In this document: positions 18,548-27,601 of the stretch, in pieces | How positions within the stretch are numbered: position 1 is the first letter of the stretch | Layout of the letters: each line of letters opens with the position of its first letter | Assembly: GCA_002293825.1 (NCBI GenBank) | Contig: DBDW01000009.1 | Span: 92,170-152,794, forward strand | DNA from: Candidatus Magasanikbacteria bacterium UBA922 | GTDB lineage: Bacteria; Patescibacteriota; Patescibacteriia; Magasanikbacterales; UBA922 | Length of the DNA stretch: 60,625 nucleotides | Direction of reading: 5' to 3' | Program-made: the position numbers and the translations under genes | The notes under the pieces: model-generated | What the model saw: the letters and a program-made list of their open reading frames with translations, nothing else | Told to the model about the DNA's origin: nothing | The model's database searches: none

Positions 18548-19675
18548 TTATTGACGAATAGGCATCACAATATACTGAAAAGTCTCATCATCTTTTACAC
18601 GCACAAGGCATGGCGCATCTGGAGACGTTACCTGTATTTCCACCTCATCAGCTTCTATTTGCTGCAATCCATCGAGCACATATCGATGATTGAGAAGTAC
18701 AGACTGAGCATCACCTTCGACCTCAGTCTCAATATAAGACACGTGCTCTCCTGTTTGCGTACTATGAGAAGCAACTGCGATTTGCTTTTTAGTAGGATCA
18801 AAATTAAAGGAAATTGCATTTACTCCCACCGTAGTGAACAGACTTGCTGCTTTTATTTTATTTATCATCTCACTTACCGAGAATACACCTTTTGTCTTAC
18901 ATGAAGTGGGTATAATCTGTGTATAATCTGGATACCGCCCTTCAATCAATCTACTAACCATTTCAAAAGTATCATACCGTATTGCCACCTGATTAGCACT
19001 CACTGTCAGTCGTATATTTTCTTCACCTTCATGCCCTCGACCTAGTTGTATCAAACGCGCAATTTCATTCATCACACGTCCGGGAATAATACATGTCACA
19101 TCTACATCTTCTCCTTGAGACAGGGGTATACGTGTCTCAGAGAGGCGATACGAGTCAGTTGCAGCCATCAACAATCCTTGATAACGCTCACTATTGAATC
19201 GACAAAATACTCCTGAAAACTCTGGTCGTATCTCATTTTTTGCACAAGAAACTACTACACGCCCAATTGCCTCTCGAAACGGTTCTGCTTTTATAAGGTA
19301 TGTGTGCCCTTCTTCAATTCCTGGGATAACAGGAAATTCATCGGCAGGAAAACCCTTTATTTTTGTTTCAGATCCAGAAGAGCGAACTACCAATTCGTTT
19401 CCTTCAAGTGAAAGCTCAACCTGATCATTAGTAAGTAAACGGACATATTCAGTGAGTGTGCGTGCAGGGACAGTAAAGGTACCTGTTTCTTCAACTTTTG
19501 CTCGAATATGTGTTTTGATTGAAACTTCGAGATTCGTAGCGCTTATCTCTACCCCTGATTCATGTGCTCGAAGTAATACATTTTGTAATATAGGTAAGTT
19601 TGCATGTCTTCCTGCAAATGAGTTTGCAATCTCTAGACTATATAATAAATTTTCTCGTGTGGATGTTAATTTCAT
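18548..19675 (-). CDS. dnaN: DNA polymerase III beta clamp
   Basis: LPILQNVLL, ATNLE, AATDSYRL, SRLIEGRYPDY, YIVMPIR. Confidence 0.97.
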   Translation of the reverse strand: MKLTSTRENLLYSLEIANSFAGRHANLPILQNVLLRAHESGVEISATNLEVSIKTHIRAKVEETGTFTVPARTLTEYVRLLTNDQVELSLEGNELVVRSSGSETKIKGFPADEFPVIPGIEEGHTYLIKAEPFREAIGRVVVSCAKNEIRPEFSGVFCRFNSERYQGLLMAATDSYRLSETRIPLSQGEDVDVTCIIPGRVMNEIARLIQLGRGHEGEENIRLTVSANQVAIRYDTFEMVSRLIEGRYPDYTQIIPTSCKTKGVFSVSEMINKIKAASLFTTVGVNAISFNFDPTKKQIAVASHSTQTGEHVSYIETEVEGDAQSVLLNHRYVLDGLQQIEADEVEIQVTSPDAPCLVRVKDDETFQYIVMPIRQ

Positions 19676-19922
19676 ATTTCTTTCTTTTTAATATATATAA
19701 TCCAGTAGATATTAATAGAGTCTGTGGATACGGTAGATAAATTACTTTTTAGGCTGTGTTGAGAATAAAATTTTATTTTTTGATGGGGATAATGAGCGTA
19801 TATAAAAGGAATAAAAAGTGTGTGTATTTTTTAGTATCCACGGATGGTGTGGAAAACTTTGAATTACGCACAGCGCCGTCCCCAACCAAAATACATATTT
19901 TTACCTTGGTTATGCACAGAAT
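19676..19922. other. oriC, dnaA-dnaN intergenic part with DnaA boxes, DnaA-trio-like repeats and AT-rich unwinding region
   Basis: Boxes at 19723, 19732, 19784, 19834, 19848, 19910; - strand TTATCTACC-GTATCCACA-GACT-CTA-TTA-ATA-TCTA; visible C-rich to G-rich switch of the + strand around here. Confidence 0.8.
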
Positions 19923-21311
19923 TTAGATTTTATTTGTGTATAACCGCTGTTTAATCATCTCCAAATCCTGTTTTAATTTCAGATCATTTTCTATTTCAGT
20001 GGATATTTTAGTATGTGCGTGCATGGCAGTGGTGTGATCGCGTCCACCGAGCTCTTCTCCGATACTTGGGTATGAAAGTTTTAACTCTTCTCTCATAAGG
20101 AACATAATGACTTGTCGAGGGAAGGCAAAACGTTTTTCACGACTTTTCCCCACGATATCCTCAAGCTTGAGATCATAAAACTTGATAACCTCTTCGATAA
20201 GATTTTTTGGTGTGAGAGAACGGCGCATGTTTTGTTCTTGGAAGCTTGAGAGGATATGACGAATAGATTCTTCAGTTGGAATCGTATTTTTGAGTTCATG
20301 AAAAGCAATGATTTTATTGAGTGCGCCTTCAAGCTCACGAATATTGCTCTGAACATTGGTAGCAATAAGGGTCTGGATATCTGGAGGAATTGGAAATTGA
20401 CGTTCTTGTGCCTTCTTTTGAATAATTGCCATTCGGGTTTCTAGGTCTGGCGCAGAGATATCCGCAATCATTCCCCATTCGAATCGACTTCGAAGTCGGT
20501 CTTCGAGTGAAGGAATTGCTTTTGGAGGTCGATCACTGGTCATGACCACTTGTTTGCCTTGTTGATGAAGTTCATTGAAGGTGTGGAAAAATTCTTCTTG
20601 AGTTTGTTCTTTGCCCCCAATAAACTGAATATCATCGATAAGTAGGAGATCAACATTGCGGTATCGATCTTTGAATTCTTTTGCACGACCTTCTTTTACT
20701 GAGGCAACAAATTCGTTGGTGAATTTTTCAGAGCTAACGTAGAGAATTTTAACGTTAGGATTGGCTGCAAGCATGGTATGTCCAATTGCTTGGATGAGAT
20801 GAGTCTTACCAAGACCAACTCCTCCATAAATAAAAAGAGGGTTATACGCATCGCCTGGTCGAGACGCCACTGCTTGGGCAGCTGCGTGTGCGAGTTCATT
20901 TCCTTTACCTACTACAAATGTTTCAAAAATGTATTTTGGATTAAGTCCAAATTGTTGAACGAGAAGAGCTTTTTTGGGTAATGGGGTAATTGGCGCGTGT
21001 ATGATGGGAGCTCGAGGTGTTTCAGGTGATGAGGGAGTACATTCTTGTTCTTTGATATTTCTCATGTTATCAACAGTGTAATCAATTTTTTTCACTGGTT
21101 TCCCTGTCACCCGCTCAAGAATTTTAACAATAGTCGCATGGTATTTTTTTTCGAGCCAGCTTTTGGTAAATGCATTTGGAACACAGACTACGATATTTCC
21201 ATTCTCATAGTTAGCAATACCTGTATTCTTAAACCAAGTAGTAAAGTTTGCTTTTGAGAGAGTGAGTTCAAATTCAGCAAGTACTGCCTGCCAGATCTCG
21301 TAGTTGGTCAT
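19923..21311 (-). CDS. dnaA: Chromosomal replication initiator
   Basis: YNPLFIYGGVGLGKTHL, LLIDDIQF, RLRSRFEWG, GGRDHTT. Confidence 0.99.
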   Translation of the reverse strand: MTNYEIWQAVLAEFELTLSKANFTTWFKNTGIANYENGNIVVCVPNAFTKSWLEKKYHATIVKILERVTGKPVKKIDYTVDNMRNIKEQECTPSSPETPRAPIIHAPITPLPKKALLVQQFGLNPKYIFETFVVGKGNELAHAAAQAVASRPGDAYNPLFIYGGVGLGKTHLIQAIGHTMLAANPNVKILYVSSEKFTNEFVASVKEGRAKEFKDRYRNVDLLLIDDIQFIGGKEQTQEEFFHTFNELHQQGKQVVMTSDRPPKAIPSLEDRLRSRFEWGMIADISAPDLETRMAIIQKKAQERQFPIPPDIQTLIATNVQSNIRELEGALNKIIAFHELKNTIPTEESIRHILSSFQEQNMRRSLTPKNLIEEVIKFYDLKLEDIVGKSREKRFAFPRQVIMFLMREELKLSYPSIGEELGGRDHTTAMHAHTKISTEIENDLKLKQDLEMIKQRLYTNKI

Positions 21312-21344
21312 AGGGTGTTGTTATGGGGTACATTGTAACACACA

Positions 21345-21420
21345 ATATTGTGGGTAAGTATTTATAAGACTGTGCAAGAAGTGTATAGGGTGTGGATTAC
21401 TTGTGGATAGTGTGGATAAT
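21345..21420. promoter_or_regulatory. DnaA-box cluster upstream of dnaA (second oriC part / autoregulation)
   Basis: TGTGGGTAA 21349, TGTGGATTA 21391, TGTGGATAG 21402, perfect TGTGGATAA 21411. Confidence 0.8.
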
Positions 21421-21548
21421 ATCAGAAATTATGAAATGTAACAAGTAAAAAACATTGACAACAGAGCGATTTTATTATTTACTATCGAGCGTCCTTGTGC
21501 GAACCGTAGGGGTTTGTATGGGAAAAACCTGTAACAGAGGAGTCCGTC

Positions 21549-21833
21549 ATGTCGCAGTTACAGAAGATCAAGTTTCCGCGTCGTCGGGGTGGCAAGCGTG
21601 CCGAACAGGTCGTCCATGTGAGTGGGCAGATCGAGTGTCGTGTCGATGCGAGTGGTAGGTGCACCATCTTCAACAAGTCGAGGACCAAGCAGATGGTCTT
21701 CGGCAAGGTCGAGGGCGAGAGGATCGTCCCGCATCAGGCGATCCAGATCGATCCGCGTTCGCGTGGTGTGCTGCACTTCCACCTGAAGGACGGCAACCTG
21801 CAGGATCGCTACGGCTACAACCACATCGGTTGA
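21549..21833 (+). CDS. GC-rich orphan basic protein (94 aa)
   Basis: SD GAGGAG, TTGACA at 21455, strong G/C-ending codon bias. Confidence 0.65.
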   Translation: MSQLQKIKFPRRRGGKRAEQVVHVSGQIECRVDASGRCTIFNKSRTKQMVFGKVEGERIVPHQAIQIDPRSRGVLHFHLKDGNLQDRYGYNHIG

Positions 21834-21851
21834 GCCCACTGCATCTGCACT

Positions 21852-21906
21852 GAAGATCTCGCATCATCAACTTCCTTTACACAGGAAGCGTTGATGCGAG
21901 ATCTTC
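21852..21906. repeat. Long hairpin (15-bp perfect stem) after the orphan gene
   Basis: GAAGATCTCGCATCA / TGATGCGAGATCTTC with inner CTTCCT/AGGAAG. Confidence 0.75.
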
Positions 21907-21933
21907 CAAATTGACTAAAATTACAGATTTTTC

Positions 21934-21962
21934 TTGACAAAACACATAAAATAGTGTATAGT
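21934..21962 (+). promoter_or_regulatory. Sigma70 promoter of rpmH
   Basis: TTGACA-17bp-TATAGT. Confidence 0.75.
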
Positions 21963-21997
21963 ATATTTATTAGTAATCTCTAAAGGGGTCATGTTAT

Positions 21998-22174
21998 ATG
22001 CCTAAGCGAACATATCAGCCAAAAAAAAGAAAACGAGCAAAAACCCATGGTTTTAGAAAAAAAATGAAAACCAAAAATGGTCGCGACGTATTGAAGCGTC
22101 GACGAAATAAAGGCCGCAAACGATTGACCGTAAGTGATGAAAAGCGCGGTAAACGAACCAGAAAGACCCGATAA
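21998..22174 (+). CDS. rpmH: 50S ribosomal protein L34 (58 aa, basic C-terminal extension); not in the ORF track
   Basis: [45 protein letters not shown]. Confidence 0.97.
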   Translation: MPKRTYQPKKRKRAKTHGFRKKMKTKNGRDVLKRRRNKGRKRLTVSDEKRGKRTRKTR

Positions 22175-22178
22175 AAAA

Positions 22179-22212
22179 GACCCCGCCTTTGCTAGAGGCG
22201 GGGTTGTTGTTT
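22179..22212 (+). terminator. Terminator-like hairpin after rpmH
   Basis: GACCCCGCCT...AGGCGGGGTT followed by a GT/T-rich tract. Confidence 0.6.
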
Positions 22213-22311
22213 ATACTACTGAATGGGCGTGTCGAGAGGAGGGATACGCACCACAAATAGGGGATCTGGTCTTATCGAACCAGGTCCCCTCATAGCACAT
22301 ACCTGATATAT

Positions 22312-22689
22312 ATGTTGTCGCAAACATTTCGACTCAAACGAATGAAAGATTTTGAAATTCTCTTCAAAGAGGGTCGATTTGTGGCAGGGCGCATAGTGAA
22401 TGCAAAGATATGGAAAATCGAGCCTGAAAAATATCCAAAACGTGGATATCAGGATACTGATTTGAAAGTGGGATTTGTTGCAAGTGTAAAACACGAAAAG
22501 CGAGCAGTAGCTCGTAATCGAGTAAAGAGACAAATGCGAGAGAGTGTGCGCCTGCTCGTGAAAGATAATAAAATTAAAAAAGGGAACTTCATTGCGTTTT
22601 TGTCTACCCCCGCAGTATTTAGTGCTACTACCGCAGAGATAAGCCAAGATATTGAATTAGTATTAAAAAAGGCGCGTTTGTACATATAA
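22312..22689 (+). CDS. rnpA: Ribonuclease P protein component
   Basis: RLKRMKDF, VGFVAS, AVARNRVKRQMRE (RNR motif); synteny. Confidence 0.93.
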   Translation: MLSQTFRLKRMKDFEILFKEGRFVAGRIVNAKIWKIEPEKYPKRGYQDTDLKVGFVASVKHEKRAVARNRVKRQMRESVRLLVKDNKIKKGNFIAFLSTPAVFSATTAEISQDIELVLKKARLYI

Positions 22690-22709
22690 TCAAGTTTTTT
22701 ATTTAAATT

Positions 22710-22970
22710 ATGCATTTTTTGCGTATAGTGATGGATATTCCCAAAAAAATAGTCTTATTTTTGATTCGTGTATATCAAAAAACTCTTTCGCCCGACCACG
22801 GGCCATTGAAAGAAAAATTTCCCCACGGCTATTGTCGATTTTATCCCACGTGCAGTGAGTATGGGTATCAGGTGGTTGAAAAATACGGAGTGATCCGGGG
22901 TGTTCCGAAGATGGTGTGGCGGATAATGCGGTGTAATCCGTGGTCAAAAGGCGGAGTAGACATGCCTTGA
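22710..22970 (+). CDS. yidD: Membrane protein insertion efficiency factor
   Basis: YQKTLSPDHG, CRFYPTCSEY, RIMRCNPWSKGGVD. Confidence 0.95.
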   Translation: MHFLRIVMDIPKKIVLFLIRVYQKTLSPDHGPLKEKFPHGYCRFYPTCSEYGYQVVEKYGVIRGVPKMVWRIMRCNPWSKGGVDMP

Positions 22971-23112
22971 CAGGAAGAGGTAAATAGTATTAAATAACTT
23001 GTTCTTTCGAACAAGTTATTTTGTCATGTATATCAGTGTGGCTATTAGTGTCCATAATATAAACACTGGTGTATGTGACAATGCGGGGTATGAACCTCGA
23101 AGGAGAGTGGAT

Positions 23113-23421
23113 GTGGAAGGGAAGAAAGACAAGAAAGCATACTTGGTCGAGAAGATCACTCACCTCTCTGAGACGATCAGGGACAAGTGCCCGGGGTTGG
23201 CCTGGGAAGTCCAGGTCGGGAACGAGGAGATGGGATACGTGAAGTATTCCGAGGGGCGCGGTATCCACCGCTCGGAAAAGCTCCTCAAGGAGGAGGACAT
23301 TCGGGATATTGTGCTCATACTCGATCAGCTTCGAGACCTCCTTAGGGAGGTTACTCGGCAGTACCAGGACCAGATGAGTCTGGAACGGATCATCGAGGAA
23401 GCTCAAAAGGCTCTCGACTGA
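23113..23421 (+). CDS. GC-rich orphan protein (~102 aa)
   Basis: Part of ORF 22999..23421; SD AGGAG 23101-23105 before GTG 23113; helical/coiled-coil character. Confidence 0.65.
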   Translation: MEGKKDKKAYLVEKITHLSETIRDKCPGLAWEVQVGNEEMGYVKYSEGRGIHRSEKLLKEEDIRDIVLILDQLRDLLREVTRQYQDQMSLERIIEEAQKALD

Positions 23422-23487
23422 GAACAAGGTTTTTTCTCCGTTTTGTAAAATGGAGAGAGGTTTAGCCGTACCTCTCAACAACGGCGC

Positions 23488-23542
23488 ACCTCTGCCGATG
23501 TAATCGGTACTGATGAGTCCTGATGAAAAAAGGACGAAAGGT
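23488..23542 (+). ncRNA. Hammerhead ribozyme, type III
   Basis: ACC-UC | stem I TGCCGAT-gta-ATCGGTA | CTGATGA | stem II GTCCT-gatgaaaaa-AGGAC | GAAA-GGT; all conserved core nucleotides present. Confidence 0.88.
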
Positions 23543-23547
23543 AAAAT

Positions 23548-23577
23548 AAAACCACCGTATGGTGGGTTTTTATTTTT
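23548..23577 (+). terminator. Terminator after the hammerhead, facing ychF
   Basis: AAAACCACC-GTAT-GGTGGGTTTT then T-tract. Confidence 0.65.
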
Positions 23578-23649
23578 TATTCTCGTGAAAACATGGATAT
23601 TTTTGTCTGCATGTCTAAGTTTCCATTTTCGAGAGATTGGTGTAGAGAG

Positions 23650-24723
23650 CTACGCAATGTGGAAATAACACACATCACCGTCTTTTACTTCATAATCCTT
23701 CCCTACTAAGAGCATCTTCCCTTTTTCTTTTACACCAGGCCAGCCACCAAGCTCTACAAAATCAGTAACACTCGCCACATCAGCTTTGATATATCCTTTG
23801 ATAAAATCAGTATGGATAACCCCTGCTGCCTCTGGTCCGAGCGCACCTTTTGTCACTGTCCATGCACGAGTTTCTTGTTCACCAGAAGTAAAATATGTAA
23901 TAAGATTGAGTAATTTGTATCCTGCAACAATCAATCGATCAAGTCCGGTTTCTTTCATTCCCAAGTCTTCCATAAAAAGTTTTGCATCCTCAGAAGAAAG
24001 TTCTGCGATTTCTGCTTCAATTTTTGCACTGATTTCAATATAAGGGGTAGTGCCAAAAATAGGAGTAAAATCAGTTTTTCCGATCATATCCTCTTTTACA
24101 TTGACGACATACATCATGGGTTTCATAGTAAGTAGGTGTAGATCGCGAACAATCAATTTCTCTTCATCATTAAATTCAAGTTCTCGTGTGGGTTTTCCGG
24201 AGCTGAGATGGTGATTTAATCGTTCAAGTACTGAAATTTCAACTTCTTTCCCTTTAGCGGCCGCACCTTTTGCGTCTCGCTTTGTTTTTTCTAGTCGTTT
24301 TGAAACAGTTGCTAAGTCAGCAAGTGCGAGTTCGAGATTGATTACATCACTATCGTCTCGAGGGTCTACTTTTCCAGAAACATGAATAATATTTCCGTCT
24401 TCAAAAGCACGAACTACTTGCACAATTGCATCAGCTTCGCGGATATGTGTGAGAAATTTGTTTCCGAGACCTTCTCCTTCTGACGCGCCTTTTACAATAC
24501 CTGCGATGTCTACAAATTGGATTGCAGTTGGAATGATTTTTCCAGATTTTGATGTAGTTGCAAGTGGAATTAGTCTGGCATCAGGAACTTCAACCACGCC
24601 AACGTTTGGTTCAATCGTACAAAAAGGATAATTTTGAGCATCAGCTTGTTTGCTTTTGGTGAGCGCATTGAAAAGTGTGGATTTTCCAACATTTGGGAGA
24701 CCAACAATACCAATCGATAACAT
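23650..24723 (-). CDS. ychF: Redox-regulated ATPase YchF
   Basis: [59 protein letters not shown]. Confidence 0.98.
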   Translation of the reverse strand: MLSIGIVGLPNVGKSTLFNALTKSKQADAQNYPFCTIEPNVGVVEVPDARLIPLATTSKSGKIIPTAIQFVDIAGIVKGASEGEGLGNKFLTHIREADAIVQVVRAFEDGNIIHVSGKVDPRDDSDVINLELALADLATVSKRLEKTKRDAKGAAAKGKEVEISVLERLNHHLSSGKPTRELEFNDEEKLIVRDLHLLTMKPMMYVVNVKEDMIGKTDFTPIFGTTPYIEISAKIEAEIAELSSEDAKLFMEDLGMKETGLDRLIVAGYKLLNLITYFTSGEQETRAWTVTKGALGPEAAGVIHTDFIKGYIKADVASVTDFVELGGWPGVKEKGKMLLVGKDYEVKDGDVCYFHIA

Positions 24724-24853
24724 ACTAAAAAGTAATTAAGTAAGCGGAGTGTAGCAGAAAAAAATGAAAAAAACAAGTGTAAAATAAAAACGATCACGAA
24801 GATCGGTTAGAGTACGTAGTGAAACAGGTCCTGACGAGCGTCAAGACCTGTTT

Positions 24854-25492
24854 TTAGGCCGCTCCACCGTCTTCTCCTTCACTGGTGCGGTGTAGATGGA
24901 GACGTGGTTTGCGAGAGTGTTTGTAAGGACTGTGAAGAGGTTTCCCGCCAGGAATACATCGTAAATGGGTATATCGTGGAGATGTGGGGGGAGGTATCGT
25001 GGCACGTGGTGAGAGTGGGGTGGCGCTGAATAGATCGTCTTCATGTTCGATCGAGATGACCTTGATATTGAAGAAAAAACGACCATTTTCATGCGAAATT
25101 GTTCTGACAGCACGTGCAATCTGATGATGAGTACGGGGTGAAGAAAGTTCGTCTGAGGTGTGGCTATTAATCGCAACTCGAACATGAGTGTAGAGATTGA
25201 AAGCGCACCCATTTCTGGTGTAGTGGAGATCAATCCACTCAACCAAGATCTTCACACGCATGCGCATGCCATCTTTGGACGGTGCACGATAGATGTACGA
25301 ATCAGAGTTGATCAGATGTGTATCGTAGTGGATAAAGATCTGCCAGGGCCATTTGAGGTGAATACCAGGTGTGAGTCCTCGGAATCGAGTGCGAGTCTGT
25401 CTGATCGCAACTGAATTACGAGGGACCAAGGTGAATGAGTGTATCGTCACGATAAGAATGCACAGGCACAGAATAGCGGTAGTAACGTCCAT
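24854..25492 (-). CDS. Orphan membrane-anchored protein with degenerate SPFH/Band-7-like N-terminus
   Basis: Start MDVTTAIL; TM then SFTLVPRNSVAI...LTPGIHLKWPW...SKDG resembles SPFH; 3' hairpin 24822-24853. Confidence 0.55.
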   Translation of the reverse strand: MDVTTAILCLCILIVTIHSFTLVPRNSVAIRQTRTRFRGLTPGIHLKWPWQIFIHYDTHLINSDSYIYRAPSKDGMRMRVKILVEWIDLHYTRNGCAFNLYTHVRVAINSHTSDELSSPRTHHQIARAVRTISHENGRFFFNIKVISIEHEDDLFSATPLSPRATIPPPTSPRYTHLRCIPGGKPLHSPYKHSRKPRLHLHRTSEGEDGGAA

Positions 25493-25874
25493 GGTCACGT
25501 CCTTGTGGGTTGGAAAAGAGCCAAACGTACCGTAGCATATGGGTATAAAAAAATAAAGAGAGCAAGTACAATATTTATTGTACGACACTTTTTATTTGCT
25601 TAATTAAAACAAAATTATATAAAAAGTTTGTTTTTTATAACACAAAAATTTGTACACATGCAGCTGTATCTGAGGAATTTTGAGCCCAATAAAAAACGGC
25701 GTATACGCTGTATATGATAGAAATCATATGGGATGTTTTGGTATTGTATGTAGAAATTTTGAAAGTTTGATGAGATGCGTAAATTGTCACAATGAAAAAA
25801 TTCTACACGTATGTGCTAATAGTTGGTTATATATGATAAGTGATTAATTCAAATTCCCTCTTAGAGAATGCTAG

Positions 25875-25949
25875 TGGTGCCCCCACCACGAATCGAACGT
25901 GGATCTAGACGTTAGGAGTGTCTTGTTCTATCCATTGAACTATGGGGGC
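25875..25949 (-). tRNA. tRNA-Arg(CCU)
   Basis: GCCCCCA...AGAC-A-CT-CCT-AA-C-GTCT...GTTCGATTC...TGGGGGCACCA. Confidence 0.93.
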
Positions 25950-25952
25950 GTT

Positions 25953-25968
25953 TGTTTCATGTGAAACA
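25953..25968. other. parS centromere-like site
   Basis: TGTTTCATGTGAAACA, 1 mismatch to consensus TGTTTCACGTGAAACA, ~5 kb from dnaA. Confidence 0.85.
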
Positions 25969-25998
25969 GTGTCTCAGTTATCTACTACCCAAAAATAT

Positions 25999-26748
25999 CT
26001 ACGTGGATTGTATAATTGTATACAATAGTGTGTACATTCCTCTCACGGTGGCTTCATGAGTGATGCAATCAATATGTAATTCACCATTTTTAGTGCTCAG
26101 TGTATAGAGTGTGTCACTGGTAATGATAATCTCAATACTTTTGTATACATCTATGTGTACATTTGTGGTCGGAATCCATCGAAATAATGAGTGATCCGGG
26201 GCTATAGAAAGAGCTTGGTGAGTATCCGGAATATCAAATACGCAACAGGTTTGAGCATCTGTTCGGTGTTGAGATTTAATCGTAAGTAGTTCCTGAAGAG
26301 TTTTAGGGTCTGTGAGCGTTGGATTTAGGAGAGAAATGACCGAAATGTTGTTTGTATACAATATTCTATACAAATCCAAGACTTGAGATTTTCCGATGCG
26401 TTGTGAAAGAAAAGGATGCTGGAGCATTGTATACGAGGACTCGAGTTTTGGCAAGAGATTTTTGGCGTGTTCAAGGCGTGTATTCCAGATAGATTTTTCT
26501 TTTTCCAAATATTCAAAAATTTTTTTCGGATGTTTCACGTGAAACTCTGCAGGATGTGAATTATTTTTTTGTTCAATGAGTCCAAGCTCTATTAAGTGAT
26601 CAAGTGAGTGATATCCGAGTGTGCGAGTAATTCCCGCACGATGAGTAATGGAGGATACTGAACCTTGACCAAGTTCAAGAAGTGCAAGATAGGTCTTTGC
26701 ATCAGTCTCACTAAGTCCAAGTGCGATGAGTTCATTCACCTCAATCAT
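25999..26748 (-). CDS. TrmB-family HTH transcriptional regulator
   Basis: LGLSETDAKTYLALLELG...I.HRAGITRTLGYHSLDHLIELGLI winged-HTH. Confidence 0.85.
   Translation of the reverse strand: MIEVNELIALGLSETDAKTYLALLELGQGSVSSITHRAGITRTLGYHSLDHLIELGLIEQKNNSHPAEFHVKHPKKIFEYLEKEKSIWNTRLEHAKNLLPKLESSYTMLQHPFLSQRIGKSQVLDLYRILYTNNISVISLLNPTLTDPKTLQELLTIKSQHRTDAQTCCVFDIPDTHQALSIAPDHSLFRWIPTTNVHIDVYKSIEIIITSDTLYTLSTKNGELHIDCITHEATVRGMYTLLYTIIQST
26531..26546. other. Second parS site, inside the TrmB gene
   Basis: TGTTTCACGTGAAACT. Confidence 0.75.
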
Positions 26749-26749
26749 A

Positions 26750-26821
26750 ATTGTAAATTTAAATTTACAATAAATAATAATTAAGCTTAAAAATAGTATA
26801 ACATAGTAAATTAATATTTAC
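26750..26821. promoter_or_regulatory. Two palindromic operators GTAAAT-N4-ATTTAC upstream of the TrmB gene
   Basis: ATTGTAAATTTAAATTTACAAT 26750-26771 and GTAAATTAATATTTAC 26806-26821. Confidence 0.55.
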
Positions 26822-26862
26822 AAAATAGGATTACTATATATTGCACATACTACGAAACCACC

Positions 26863-26891
26863 TTGACAAAAGAAGTGTTTTATGGTATAAT
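26863..26891 (+). promoter_or_regulatory. Consensus sigma70 promoter of orphan unit 1
   Basis: TTGACA-17bp-TATAAT. Confidence 0.8.
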
Positions 26892-26926
26892 TTTTGGTCC
26901 TTACAACCAAGGACATGGAGGGTGTG

Positions 26927-27397
26927 ATGAGTAAGAATAAGTTCGTGCAATGGATCGTGAGCACCTGGGTCGTGCAGGTGCTAATGCGTCTCGTATTCAG
27001 AGGGTGGTGCTTCGTTCGAAAGAACGACAAGCGCTTCATCGTCTCGGATCCACTCTCGTATGAGGGTGATTCGGACGCTGCGAGCGGCCATCATCATCTT
27101 AGGGAGTGGAATACCTGGATCTGCGTTCTTGTTCCCACTGCCTCGACCTACATCATGCTCGACATTCATACTGGACAGAGGTTCGTTCTTCTAGGGAAGA
27201 AGTTCTGCTCGGGTGAAATAGTCGCACTTAAAGTGGGTCACGAGGGTGCCTCGATACGGTTCGGTCATCCGAGCGGTGGTGGAATGAAGTACGCAGAGCC
27301 ACCTCATCAGCTCGGTCGATGGAAAGGGAACAGGGATGAACTGACCCCCGAGATGGTTCAGAGGGGTATCACCCCAGACAAGATCATTTACATCTAA
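26927..27397 (+). CDS. GC-rich orphan protein
   Basis: SD GGAGG before ATG 26927 (MSKNKF); own promoter and terminator. Confidence 0.65.
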   Translation: MSKNKFVQWIVSTWVVQVLMRLVFRGWCFVRKNDKRFIVSDPLSYEGDSDAASGHHHLREWNTWICVLVPTASTYIMLDIHTGQRFVLLGKKFCSGEIVALKVGHEGASIRFGHPSGGGMKYAEPPHQLGRWKGNRDELTPEMVQRGITPDKIIYI

Positions 27398-27481
27398 GCG
27401 CAACTTGTTGCGCTCCTTCCAATGGTACGGAAGTAAAACCGGTGCAAACTGCGGAGTTCTGCCAAAGAGCTCCGCCCAAAC

Positions 27482-27515
27482 CAAAAGCACATCACACCAG
27501 TGGTGTCTTTTTGTT
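27482..27515 (+). terminator. Terminator, copy 1 of a 34-bp direct repeat
   Basis: CAAAAGCACATCACACCAGTGGTGTCTTTTTGTT. Confidence 0.7.
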
Positions 27516-27601
27516 TTATATACCCTGTAGTATTGACAAAATGTACAAATTGTAGTATTTTGTTTAGTCCTAATTATGGGACCAGCAACAGCGAGGCAAC
27601 C

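Noticed and set aside
21558-21870. Several overlapping or antisense ORFs over the GC-rich orphan
   Set aside because: Expected shadows of strong codon bias; only 21549..21833 has an SD and an upstream -35.
21852-21906. Integron attC site
   Set aside because: No RYYYAAC/GTTRRRY ends and no integron integrase in the window.
27400-27480. Twister or cobalamin-riboswitch-like CCGGTGCAAA segment
   Set aside because: The partner strand and pseudoknots cannot be built; only simple hairpins are present.
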